Shown here: positions 20,211 to 29,001 of the stretch, one piece after another
Position numbering within the stretch: the first letter of the stretch is position 1
How the letters are laid out: every line of letters starts with the position of its first letter
Assembly: GCA_963729715.1 (NCBI GenBank)
Contig: CAVSPA010000005.1
Span: 687,607-751,606 of the forward strand
Direction of reading: 5' to 3'
Source of the DNA: an uncultured delta proteobacterium
GTDB taxonomy: Bacteria > Desulfobacterota > Syntrophia > Syntrophales > UBA2185
Length of the DNA: 64,000 bases
Translations under genes and position numbers: made by a program
Notes under the pieces: generated by a model
Databases searched by the model: none
Told to the model about the DNA's origin: nothing
Seen by the model: the letters and a program-made list of their open reading frames with translations, nothing else

Positions 20211-20713
20211 CGAGCGATCCTGAGATCCATCCCTGTGAGGAAAGAGATATTGAAACTATCTGTGAAATTATTAACGCCGCGGCAGAGGCTTACAGAGGCG
20301 TCATTCCGGCGGATAGATGGAAGGAACCGTATATGTCGGAAGATGAACTCCGGCACGAGATCGACGAAGGAGTAAAATTCTGGTGTTATACAGAGAACGG
20401 AGAACTTCTCGGAGTCATGGGTATGCAGGACGTCATGGATGTAACATTGATGAGACATGCATACGTACGCACGGTCAGACGACGCCAGGGTATCGGCGGT
20501 AGGCTGTTGTCTCTACTCCGGAAGAAAACGTCCCGTCCGATCCTGATTGGTACCTGGGCGGCGGCAGCTTGGGCGGTTCGTTTCTATGAGGCGCATGGCT
20601 TTTATATGGTCTCTCCGGAAGAAAAGGATCGTCTGCTGAAACGATACTGGTCAATACCGGAACGTCAGGTCGAAACATCAGTCGTTCTTGCGGAACGCGG
20701 TCGTTCGCTATGA
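20207..20713 (+). CDS. GNAT family N-acetyltransferase
   Basis: YVRTVRRRQGIGGRLL acetyl-CoA motif, AVRFYEAHGF. Confidence 0.9.
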   Translation: MTSDPEIHPCEERDIETICEIINAAAEAYRGVIPADRWKEPYMSEDELRHEIDEGVKFWCYTENGELLGVMGMQDVMDVTLMRHAYVRTVRRRQGIGGRLLSLLRKKTSRPILIGTWAAAAWAVRFYEAHGFYMVSPEEKDRLLKRYWSIPERQVETSVVLAERGRSL

Positions 20714-20726
20714 GGGAGAAAAACAC

Positions 20727-21230
20727 TTGATACCTATCGTGTCCATAGTCGGTCGATCGAATACCGGGAAGACCACATTGATTGAAAAACTTATACCGGA
20801 GCTGAGGCGAAGGGGCTATCAGGTGGCTACGATCAAACACAACGTCCATGGCTTCGACATAGACCACGAGGGCAAAGACAGCTGGCGCCATAAAAAGGCG
20901 GGTGCACACCTTACGGTCATCGCATCACCACATAGCGTCGCTGTCATTGAGGATGTGGACAGGGACTTTGAATTGGCAGAACTGAGGGATCGCTACATAC
21001 GGGACGTCGACGTCATCCTTTCCGAAGGCTTTAAACGAAATCCGCATCCAAAAATTGAAGTGGTCCGATCGGAAATGAAGCACGAGCCCCTCTGCTCGCG
21101 AGAAGATAATCTTATGGCCATTGTGAGTGACAAGCCCGTACACAGAGGAACGCCCTGTCTAAATATCGATGACATCCGGGGTATCGCCGATCTCATAGAA
21201 GATAAATTTCTGAAAGGGAAGACAGCGTAG
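20727..21230 (+). CDS. mobB: Molybdopterin-guanine dinucleotide biosynthesis protein B
   Basis: VSIVGRSNTGKTT, IKH…GKDSWRH, EGFK; TTG start after GAGGGAG. Confidence 0.9.
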   Translation: MIPIVSIVGRSNTGKTTLIEKLIPELRRRGYQVATIKHNVHGFDIDHEGKDSWRHKKAGAHLTVIASPHSVAVIEDVDRDFELAELRDRYIRDVDVILSEGFKRNPHPKIEVVRSEMKHEPLCSREDNLMAIVSDKPVHRGTPCLNIDDIRGIADLIEDKFLKGKTA

Positions 21231-21233
21231 GGC

Positions 21234-21890
21234 TCACGCGGTTGCGGCAAAGGCATAGGCTGCAAAGAGACCGTCATGACTGAGACTGAGATCAATTGCC
21301 GCGGGCTCGCCACTTATACATAAGAATGGCGGTCCCAGACCATAGGGACTCTTCACCCGCCTGATTTCGATATTTTCCGGGGATTCATCATAATGTGTTG
21401 AGAGGTGCAGCTTGAGGACTTTACGCACAAAGGCTGATTCGTAATCGGGCGAAGCCTGTGAACCAGGGCTGATGCGGGCAACGTGCCAGACGAGTGCATC
21501 AATCTCATCGGATGCTGACGTAGTTCCGATGCAATGGACATAGTCGGAAGTTATCAAAACCTTGATCTCTATCCTGCCATACGGCGTATCAACGAATCCT
21601 GTAAGGGTATCACTTCCAGAAGAAAGTCGGACTGATTCTTCCGCACAATTTAGACTCACTTCATATAAGCGGGGGACGGAAGTGGCGGAAGGGTCAAGCT
21701 TCTTGACAAGCTTGTACGCCGTTTCCTTGCCTGCCCAGAGCGCCCACAAGACGGCGTCCTGGCTCTCTGCGCGGGATATCAATTCTTTTTCACGGGGTGT
21801 GAAGACGCGGTTAATGAATCGCGTATCCCGACTCTTCCCCATATTGTGTGGATCGGTCAGATCCACAATATCGTTGCCGATGCGAATCAA
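21234..21890 (-). CDS. 4'-phosphopantetheinyl transferase (AcpS-like, extended)
   Basis: IGNDIVDL, LWAGKETAYK, SLSHDG; start approximate. Confidence 0.85.
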   Translation of the reverse strand: MIRIGNDIVDLTDPHNMGKSRDTRFINRVFTPREKELISRAESQDAVLWALWAGKETAYKLVKKLDPSATSVPRLYEVSLNCAEESVRLSSGSDTLTGFVDTPYGRIEIKVLITSDYVHCIGTTSASDEIDALVWHVARISPGSQASPDYESAFVRKVLKLHLSTHYDESPENIEIRRVKSPYGLGPPFLCISGEPAAIDLSLSHDGLFAAYAFAATA

Positions 21891-22620
21891 AATAACCTTT
21901 CTCCATTTGTGCCATATGTTTGATGATCTGCTCTGCATAGCGGCGCTGAGCCCTGAGTCCGTTTTCTTGTATCGGTTCGGGCTCAAAGACTTCTACGTTC
22001 ACCGCAAAACGCTCGCGAAATCTGGGAATGAAGCCGTAAGAATGCTGGCTGTCACCTCGCAGATAGATACACATTACCTTGCAGGTTTCAAAATCCTTGA
22101 TGAACCGGCCCACACCGTAGGAAAAACTCTCGGTATTAACGCGGCCTGTCCGGGAGCGCCCTCCTTCCGGAAAAATCAGCAATGGCTGTTTCCATTCGAG
22201 AAGGGATGTGCATTTATCAAGGGTGTTTTTCATCTCTTCACGATTGCCGCCCCTGTTGATGGGGACGCACTTGGCGAGGTAACAAAGAACTGCCATGATG
22301 ATATTCCGCTGGAAATTGTTTCTCTCCGGCAAATTCCACGGCAGCTCACGGTAATGCAGTAAGTTACGCGTGAAGGAAAATGCCGCATATGTAATGATTA
22401 GGGAATCGATCATCGTGAGATGATTCGCGCAGATGATCCACGGCCCTTCGTAGTTCCTGAAATGACGTGCGCATTCCTCTCTGATCTTCAGTATATTCCT
22501 TACCCTGTAGCCCATGAGCCAGATGACTGAAAAATAAAGAGGGGCGATAACAAAAATGGCAATCCGACCAAGCGTGTATTGAATCAGCAGAGGGCCTTGG
22601 AGCATCAACTTCTTCTTCAT
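21811..22620 (-). CDS. PlsC-like lysophospholipid acyltransferase
   Basis: NHLTMID (HX4D) and IFPEGGRS motifs. Confidence 0.88.
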   Translation of the reverse strand: MKKKLMLQGPLLIQYTLGRIAIFVIAPLYFSVIWLMGYRVRNILKIREECARHFRNYEGPWIICANHLTMIDSLIITYAAFSFTRNLLHYRELPWNLPERNNFQRNIIMAVLCYLAKCVPINRGGNREEMKNTLDKCTSLLEWKQPLLIFPEGGRSRTGRVNTESFSYGVGRFIKDFETCKVMCIYLRGDSQHSYGFIPRFRERFAVNVEVFEPEPIQENGLRAQRRYAEQIIKHMAQMEKGYFDSHRQRYCGSDRSTQYGEESGYAIH

Positions 22621-22628
22621 GACTGACC

Positions 22629-22877
22629 TTATCCTAATTTGCTCTTGATGATAGCTACGGCATCTCCGACTGTTCCGATCTTGTCGGCCTCGTCATCTTC
22701 GACGGTGATGCCGAATGTGTCTTCACACTTTATAATGACATCTACCAGCCTGGCGGAATTGACCTTCAGGTCGTTTAGAATGTGGGTATCCTTTGTCGCC
22801 TTATCCAGCAAGCTCGGGTCCTTTGTATATCCCCTGAGGATATCGATCATTTTGTTAAAGATTGTCTGTTCGTCCAT
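22629..22877 (-). CDS. Acyl carrier protein
   Basis: 82 aa, acidic, DLKVNSARLVDV Ppant serine, TVGDAV. Confidence 0.9.
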   Translation of the reverse strand: MDEQTIFNKMIDILRGYTKDPSLLDKATKDTHILNDLKVNSARLVDVIIKCEDTFGITVEDDEADKIGTVGDAVAIIKSKLG

Positions 22878-22880
22878 TTC

Positions 22881-24173
22881 TTAATAGCTCCTTTGATTAT
22901 TATTCCATCTCTTAAAGATGAGACAGCTGTTAACATCGCCGAAACCGAAACCGGCTTTGGCGATAATATTTAATTCAGGAAAGTCCATGCACTTCTGTGG
23001 CACCTTATCTCCAAATTCAGCAATATCGGGGTGTATGTCTTCACAATTGACGGAAGGATGGAGGAACCCCTTGTATAATTGCAGTACTACGGCAACGCTC
23101 TCTATGGCACCTGCTGCGCCTAAGCAATGCCCCACCATAGATTTTGTGGAATTGATATAGGGAAAATTAGCGGGGCCGCGTTCGAGGGCTGCCGACCAGT
23201 TCTTCACTTCATAAGGGTCGGCAAAGGTTGCCGTTAAGTGGCCGTTGATTGCGTCTATATGAGCCGGCATAATACGTGCGTCGGATATGGCGGCCTTGAT
23301 GCATCGTTTGACACCCTCGGGATTCGGCGCGGTTATGGAGCCGCCCATGCGATGCCCTCCGCAATTGACGGCGCCTCCGAGAACTTCAGCATAAATCCTC
23401 GCTCCACGTTCCAAGGCGGATTCCAGATCTTCAAGCACCAGAATTCCAGCGCCCGAGCCGGGGACAAAACCACATGCTGTGGCGCTCATCGGCCGTGAAG
23501 CAGTCTCCGGGTAATCATTGAATTTCTTGCAGATGACGCGCATGGCCTCGAATCCGGCCCAGATAAAGGGCGATTGGCCTTCGGAACCACCGGCTAAAAT
23601 CCTTTTTGCAAGACCGTTCCGTATTCTCCACATCCCTTCAACAATCGCTTCATTCCCCGTGCTGCAGGCAGATGAATTTGAAGTCACCTGGTTTCCGAGA
23701 GCCAAGATGCCCGCGATACTTGCGCTTGTGCCGCTATTCATGACCTGCTCTACTATCCGGCTTCCCATGCGGCGCACTTTCCCCCGGGAAACCATGGGCA
23801 CGAGAACGGTTGTAATTGTATCCATGCCGCCGATTCCGGAGCCGACGATCACGCCTGTATCCCAGTCCACAGTATCATCGTGAATGCCAGGCATCTTGAA
23901 ACCTGCGTCGGTCCATGCGTCTACGGCTGAAACAGCGGCGTATCCGATGTTTTCGTTCATCGACATCAGTGTATCTTCATTAAAATAACTCTTGCGGATA
24001 TCCTCAAAGTCCTGGGGGGCAGCGCCCACCTGGCAGGAAAAGTTCAATTCCTTAAGTTCAGGAAAAAACCGGATGCCGGAGCGCCCTTTCCGCAGGGCAT
24101 CTTCAAAATTAACCAAGCCATGGGCATTGGGGGCTGCTATCCCCATCCCTGTTATGACAACTCTTCTTTTCAA
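22881..24173 (-). CDS. Beta-ketoacyl-ACP synthase (FabF/FabB family)
   Basis: SSACSTG, HLTAT and GHCLGAAG form the Cys-His-His triad; GFGFG. Confidence 0.93.
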   Translation of the reverse strand: MKRRVVITGMGIAAPNAHGLVNFEDALRKGRSGIRFFPELKELNFSCQVGAAPQDFEDIRKSYFNEDTLMSMNENIGYAAVSAVDAWTDAGFKMPGIHDDTVDWDTGVIVGSGIGGMDTITTVLVPMVSRGKVRRMGSRIVEQVMNSGTSASIAGILALGNQVTSNSSACSTGNEAIVEGMWRIRNGLAKRILAGGSEGQSPFIWAGFEAMRVICKKFNDYPETASRPMSATACGFVPGSGAGILVLEDLESALERGARIYAEVLGGAVNCGGHRMGGSITAPNPEGVKRCIKAAISDARIMPAHIDAINGHLTATFADPYEVKNWSAALERGPANFPYINSTKSMVGHCLGAAGAIESVAVVLQLYKGFLHPSVNCEDIHPDIAEFGDKVPQKCMDFPELNIIAKAGFGFGDVNSCLIFKRWNNNQRSY

Positions 24174-24198
24174 CTAATATAAACCTCCATGAAAAACA

Positions 24199-24678
24199 TT
24201 AAGCGCCCTGGGAAGGTACTCCCCTCCCCGCGAGGACACCGAAACTCACGGCCTCGCCATTTTCCCTTTCCATGGTAACCTTCATTTTAAGGCTTCCCAT
24301 GCGGAAATAGACTTTGTGACCTTTAACGATCACGCGCTCACCGGGATGCACGACCCCCGTGAACTCCACCCCTTCGGCAAGGGTAAAAAGTGTAGTCAAT
24401 TTTTTTGCATCCTCCACCGTTGTATACGTCTGCCTCATGTGAAGATAAAGGCCGAAGGCAACAACCCCCGTCTGTGCCATGGCTTCAATGAGAATCACAC
24501 CCGGAGTAATCGGTTTGCCTGGGAAGTGTCCCTTATAAAAATACTCATCCTCACGAAACCGGTACGTGCCGACGATGTGCTCATCATCGAGCTCCAGGAT
24601 ATCGTCGATAAAGCGAAACGGATGCTGTTGGGGAACACTATTTAAAATTCGTGTCATCGTCTCCCGATCAGCCGCCAT
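24199..24678 (-). CDS. FabZ-like 3-hydroxyacyl-ACP dehydratase
   Basis: PFRFID, GHFPGKPITPGVILIEAMAQ (His/Glu). Confidence 0.9.
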   Translation of the reverse strand: MAADRETMTRILNSVPQQHPFRFIDDILELDDEHIVGTYRFREDEYFYKGHFPGKPITPGVILIEAMAQTGVVAFGLYLHMRQTYTTVEDAKKLTTLFTLAEGVEFTGVVHPGERVIVKGHKVYFRMGSLKMKVTMERENGEAVSFGVLAGRGVPSQGA

Positions 24679-25396
24679 AAAGCCCCCCGTTCACATGGAC
24701 GACACTTCCCGATATATAGGATCCCCCTGTTGCGAGAAAGGCCACGACCTCAGCCACTTCCTCGGGGCGTCCTATACGGCCCAGAGTAATGTTCTCGAGA
24801 ATCCTCTCTTGCACCTCTTCGGGGAGATTCTGTGTCATCTCTGTCTCGATGAATCCCGGGGCAACTGAATTGACGAGGATATTCCTCCCTGCCAATTCTT
24901 GCGACAGGGACTTCGTAAAGGCGTCGAGAGCTGCCTTTTCCATGGTGTAGGGGATCTGACCCGCATTGCCGGTATGTCCCACGACACTGGATATATTGAT
25001 GATGCGGCCTCCTCTCTGACGAAGCATGAAGAGGCGGATTATACGTTTGGTCAGGTACCATGTTCCGCGCATCAAGGCCCGCTGGGCATCGAATTGCTCG
25101 ATCTTCATGCTGACGATATCGGCGTTGAGAGATAGACCCGCATTGTTGACAAGGACATCCACGCGGCCCGCCTTCTCTTTTATCTTGTTGACCAGAAGTT
25201 CCACCTGATCGATATCCACCAGATCAGCCGGAAGAAGAAAGCCGTCACCTATCTCGGAGAGTAAAGCCCTTGCATGTTCCTCGCTGCTCCGGTAGTGAAT
25301 GCCCACCAGAAATCCTTCTCCGGACAGCGCCCGGCAACACGCCGCGCCTATTCCTTTTCCACCGCCTGTTACGATGGCAACAGGTTTCTCGCTCAT
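24668..25396 (-). CDS. FabG-like 3-oxoacyl-ACP reductase (SDR)
   Basis: TGGGKGIG, NNAG, YTMEK (YxxxK), APGFIETEM. Confidence 0.9.
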   Translation of the reverse strand: MSEKPVAIVTGGGKGIGAACCRALSGEGFLVGIHYRSSEEHARALLSEIGDGFLLPADLVDIDQVELLVNKIKEKAGRVDVLVNNAGLSLNADIVSMKIEQFDAQRALMRGTWYLTKRIIRLFMLRQRGGRIINISSVVGHTGNAGQIPYTMEKAALDAFTKSLSQELAGRNILVNSVAPGFIETEMTQNLPEEVQERILENITLGRIGRPEEVAEVVAFLATGGSYISGSVVHVNGGLYGG

Positions 25397-25989
25397 GAAC
25401 CGCTCCTCATGATGCCGCCTATCGAGTTTACCGATCGTTTCGGATAGTCGGGATAAATGATCCCTTTGAAAATGCCGGTGCGGGCATCTTTGATGTGGGC
25501 AATCAGTTCATTGTCAACAAAAACCTTTCCGTCTCCGATGGCAATGCTCGCCCCCGAGTCCTTCAACTGAGCGAAGCGCCTCACTTCAATATCGTAGCGG
25601 ACGCATTTGTTGTAGGGACGAATCTGGCCGCTGAAAGTAATCTCACCGCAACCGAGGGCCCTGCCGGCGCCCAAGGCGCCGCGCCAGACACAGTAAAAAC
25701 CGAGAAGCTGCCATACTGCATCAACGCAGAGGCAGCCCGGCTGAACCGGGTCCCCGGGCATATGGCACTGAAAATACCAGGCATCAAGTCTGATGTCCTG
25801 CTCTGCAACAATCGAACCCTGTCTGCCGACAGAACTAAACGACAGCACCCGATCTACCATGAGAAAGGGAGGCGCCGGCAGTCGCGCCTCAAAATTTACA
25901 GGCGGGTCATCTACCAGGGTCCCGTAGGAAAAAGCGATGAGCTCCTCCAGCCCGAAACTCTGGCATTCTCTGAAATCCGCATACTTCAT
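25393..25989 (-). CDS. fabA: 3-hydroxydecanoyl-ACP dehydratase/isomerase
   Basis: LPAPPFLMVDR, CHMPGDPVQPGCLCVDAVWQL (His/Asp), GRALG. Confidence 0.88.
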   Translation of the reverse strand: MKYADFRECQSFGLEELIAFSYGTLVDDPPVNFEARLPAPPFLMVDRVLSFSSVGRQGSIVAEQDIRLDAWYFQCHMPGDPVQPGCLCVDAVWQLLGFYCVWRGALGAGRALGCGEITFSGQIRPYNKCVRYDIEVRRFAQLKDSGASIAIGDGKVFVDNELIAHIKDARTGIFKGIIYPDYPKRSVNSIGGIMRSGS

Positions 25990-25991
25990 GA

Positions 25992-26984
25992 TTATTCCTC
26001 TACCTGTAAGACCATATGAACCCAGGACAACCCCGCCCCGACAATGGCAATGGCCACATGATCTCCCGGACGCAGGTCATTCCAGCGTTGGCTGAGAACA
26101 GCCGGCGCTCCGGAACAGCCGGTGTTGCCAAAAAATTCCACATTGTGCCAATGATTGTTTTCCGTAATTTGAGAACGCTCGCAGACAGTTTGCAGCATAC
26201 CCATATTGGCCTGATGACCGATAAAGATGAAGCGATTGCCATTGAGAGCATAGGTCTGCTGCAGCATGCGAATAGCATCTGTTGTCTTGCGAATGGCAAA
26301 GCCCTGCACGGAGTTCCCGTCCTGCTGGAAGTAACCCATACGGGGTATTCCCACCTTGTCCCAATCTGACGGTTTCGTTTCATAAGCGCAGGCCGTAAAG
26401 AATTTGTGCGACGGCACCGTGGCAGATACAATGGCTGCGGAACTGCCGTCACCGAACAGCACCGCAGATTTCCGATCGGCATAGTCCACGCAGCGAGTGA
26501 GATTTTCCGGATTGACCAGGAGTATAAAGGGCGGCAGTGCCTCGGGTCTCATGAGGCTGACAAAGTGCACCTGCGTACCAAAGCTGGTGCAGGCGGAATT
26601 CACGTCGAAGCAGGGTACGTCGATTCCGAGTTCCGCGGCTACGGTCGAGGCTTCCGCAGGGGAAACATTATCCGCTGCCGAGCTTCCGGAGATGACAAGC
26701 CCGATGTCTTCCTTCTTGAGACCGGCGCGCTCAATGGCCATCTGTGCGGCAGAGGCTCCGGTTTGCGCGTTATTGTAAAGGCCTGCTGCAAAAGCTTCTC
26801 TCGGGTCTCTGTTTCTTGTTTCCTTTATATAGTCCAAAGGGAGCACGGTCCGGCGTGTATGAATGCCGACCCTCTCCATGATCCATGCCTCATTTGTTCC
26901 GATATCCATCTCTTCCAAAAATCTATTGGTAATAACATTCTCCGGGTGGAAATGGCCCATACCGTGAAGATAGAGTGCACTCAT
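25992..26984 (-). CDS. FabH-like 3-oxoacyl-ACP synthase III
   Basis: SACTSF, HQAN and GNT form the Cys-His-Asn triad; LFGDG. Confidence 0.9.
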   Translation of the reverse strand: MSALYLHGMGHFHPENVITNRFLEEMDIGTNEAWIMERVGIHTRRTVLPLDYIKETRNRDPREAFAAGLYNNAQTGASAAQMAIERAGLKKEDIGLVISGSSAADNVSPAEASTVAAELGIDVPCFDVNSACTSFGTQVHFVSLMRPEALPPFILLVNPENLTRCVDYADRKSAVLFGDGSSAAIVSATVPSHKFFTACAYETKPSDWDKVGIPRMGYFQQDGNSVQGFAIRKTTDAIRMLQQTYALNGNRFIFIGHQANMGMLQTVCERSQITENNHWHNVEFFGNTGCSGAPAVLSQRWNDLRPGDHVAIAIVGAGLSWVHMVLQVEE

Positions 26985-28180
26985 ACAAGCTCCCTCCCGA
27001 TAATCATGTTCTGGACCTCCCGCACACCTTCGTAAATGTCGATGATGTGCGCATCTCTCGCCAACTTCGAAATCTCATATTCTGACATGAAACCATATCC
27101 GCCGTGGAGATGCAGGCCTTCGTTGGCGCAGAACAAAGCCGCCTCCGCGGCTGTATTCTTCGCGAGGGAGGCATACATGCCCCTGTCGTCCGCTTTTTCC
27201 TGAACCTTGAAAGCAGCTTTCATGAGCGCCATATCCGCGAGCTCGACTTTTTTCCACATTTGCACCAATGTCTCTCTTGCAACCGACAAATCACAGATCC
27301 TTTGTCCAAATTGCTTGCGCTCTCTTGTGTATTCCAGAGTGACATCCAATGCCCGTTTGGCGAGACCCACACCTATTGCCGCAACCATGGGACGCGCATA
27401 GTCAAGAACGTCGATGACATACTTGAAACCCTGTCTCCGATCACCGATTATCTGATTGTCATTGATGACTACGTCTTCAAAGGTGACAGCGGCCGTATTT
27501 GATAAACGCTGCCCCAGCTTGTCTTCCGGTTTGCCAATGATGATCTTTCCCCCCGTGGGGAGAGTCATCTCCTTGCCCACTGCGAGATGCGGATCTGAAT
27601 TGGAGGGAAGCACCGGTGGGGCGGGAACTATTAAGCAGGCCATGAAGTTACCCGTCGGCTTCCCTACTTTACAAAAAACGGTAAATTGTGAGGCGTAGGA
27701 CGCATTGGTGATAAAGCACTTGCTGCCATTGAGGACATACGTTCCATCCGGGCTCTTCTTGATGAACGTCGTCATGGCGGAGTTGTCAGAACCGGCGCAC
27801 GGTTCCGTCAGACAGAAAGAAGCCATTATGGGATTCTCGACAAAGGGGCTTAAGAAAAGGGCCTTCTGTTCGTCCGTACCATGCTGGGCAATAACCGTGT
27901 TTGCCAGATCATTACACATTGCCGACGTGGAAATCCCCGTATCTCCGTAGGACAGTTCTTTGATGATCATGGCCGTAGAAACGGGATCAACCTCAAATCC
28001 CTTAACCGATTCAGGGATGCTCAGATTCAAAATTCCGAGGCCCCAGGCCTTCTGGATAATTTCCCAGGGGAAAATATGCTTCTTTTCCAGCTCCATAACC
28101 TGCGGTATGATTCCATACCTGACAAATCTCTTAACTGTATCCATATACATTTGCTGACTGCTGGTAAGATTAAAATCCAT
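26981..28180 (-). CDS. Acyl-CoA/acyl-ACP dehydrogenase
   Basis: FCLTEPCAGSD, NGSKCFITN, RKQFG, GGYGF…IYEG. Confidence 0.92.
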   Translation of the reverse strand: MDFNLTSSQQMYMDTVKRFVRYGIIPQVMELEKKHIFPWEIIQKAWGLGILNLSIPESVKGFEVDPVSTAMIIKELSYGDTGISTSAMCNDLANTVIAQHGTDEQKALFLSPFVENPIMASFCLTEPCAGSDNSAMTTFIKKSPDGTYVLNGSKCFITNASYASQFTVFCKVGKPTGNFMACLIVPAPPVLPSNSDPHLAVGKEMTLPTGGKIIIGKPEDKLGQRLSNTAAVTFEDVVINDNQIIGDRRQGFKYVIDVLDYARPMVAAIGVGLAKRALDVTLEYTRERKQFGQRICDLSVARETLVQMWKKVELADMALMKAAFKVQEKADDRGMYASLAKNTAAEAALFCANEGLHLHGGYGFMSEYEISKLARDAHIIDIYEGVREVQNMIIGRELV

Positions 28181-28227
28181 TACTGAAATCCTTCGTGCAA
28201 ATTTTTGCCATAAACTTCTAAGCACAC

Positions 28228-28243
28228 AGCATTATCCGTGCCA
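28228..28243 (-). promoter_or_regulatory. Sigma-54 (-24/-12) promoter of the lipid cluster
   Basis: Minus strand TGGCACGGATAATGCT = GG-N10-GC, about 48 nt upstream of ATG 28180. Confidence 0.7.
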
Positions 28244-28473
28244 GAAGGGTGATTGACACCCCTCTGTGGACTATAATCATCCATATTTATTGACTAATTT
28301 ATGATTAGTTTGATTTTTCGGATGGCTCTCAGAAGGCCGTATTCCGGGCTTATAACGCGTAATTCTCTTTGCAGTGTGTATACGGCTATGCATCATATGA
28401 TAATGCAAGAGTAGAGACCATCCCTACTGATCAAACTGCCCGGGAGCGTTCTTCAAAGAGTAAAAAATTTATC

Positions 28474-28503
28474 TTGACAAGGCAAAAATATATGGAGTAT
28501 CTT
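28474..28503 (+). promoter_or_regulatory. Putative sigma-70 promoter
   Basis: TTGACA-N18-TATCTT upstream of the small lipoprotein. Confidence 0.5.
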
Positions 28504-28570
28504 CGCAGCATCGAGGAACGGGTTGATTTACGGACGATAGAAACTTTTTTCACAAAGGAGGTAAGAATCG

Positions 28571-28798
28571 ATGAGGAAACTGCTTGCAATCATTTTATCA
28601 ATTCTTTTCGTAGTGGCGGTTACGTTTACATTAATGGGCTGCCCATCAGCACCAGAAAAGAAACCGCCTGAGCCTGCGAAGAAAGAAGCGGCGGCTCCGG
28701 CCCCGGCAGCACCAGGAGCGCCAGCACCGGCACCAGGAGCCCCTGCGGCGCCACCGACGCCACCGGCACCGGCACCAGCGGCCCCTGCGCATAAGTAG
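28571..28798 (+). CDS. Small Pro/Ala-rich lipoprotein
   Basis: Signal peptide with lipobox LMGC, AAGGAGG RBS, APAPAAPG low-complexity tail. Confidence 0.8.
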   Translation: MRKLLAIILSILFVVAVTFTLMGCPSAPEKKPPEPAKKEAAAPAPAAPGAPAPAPGAPAAPPTPPAPAPAAPAHK

Positions 28799-28818
28799 CA
28801 TCGGTAATATCTTGAAAG

Positions 28819-28860
28819 AAAAAGGCCGAGCATGTTATAAGCACGCTCGGCCTTTTTTCT
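28819..28860 (+). terminator. Rho-independent terminator
   Basis: AAAAAGGCCGAGC…GCTCGGCCTTTTTT. Confidence 0.85.
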
Positions 28861-28937
28861 TCTTTGACCTAAGCATCTCTTTTATTCACAACCTAGGGTA
28901 ACATTTAATGTGAGGCAATTCGTCTTTCTCGTCTCTC

Positions 28938-28966
28938 TTGACAACCTCGTTTTTTATCTATATCTT
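28938..28966 (+). promoter_or_regulatory. Putative sigma-70 promoter of the two-component operon
   Basis: TTGACA-N17-TATCTT. Confidence 0.55.
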
Positions 28967-29001
28967 CATTCATATATCATCTTTTTTAAAAGCAATTCTT
29001 T

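Noticed and set aside
28528..28833. Gly/Ala-rich minus-strand ORF
   Set aside because: Antisense shadow of the lipoprotein, which has the RBS, lipobox and terminator.
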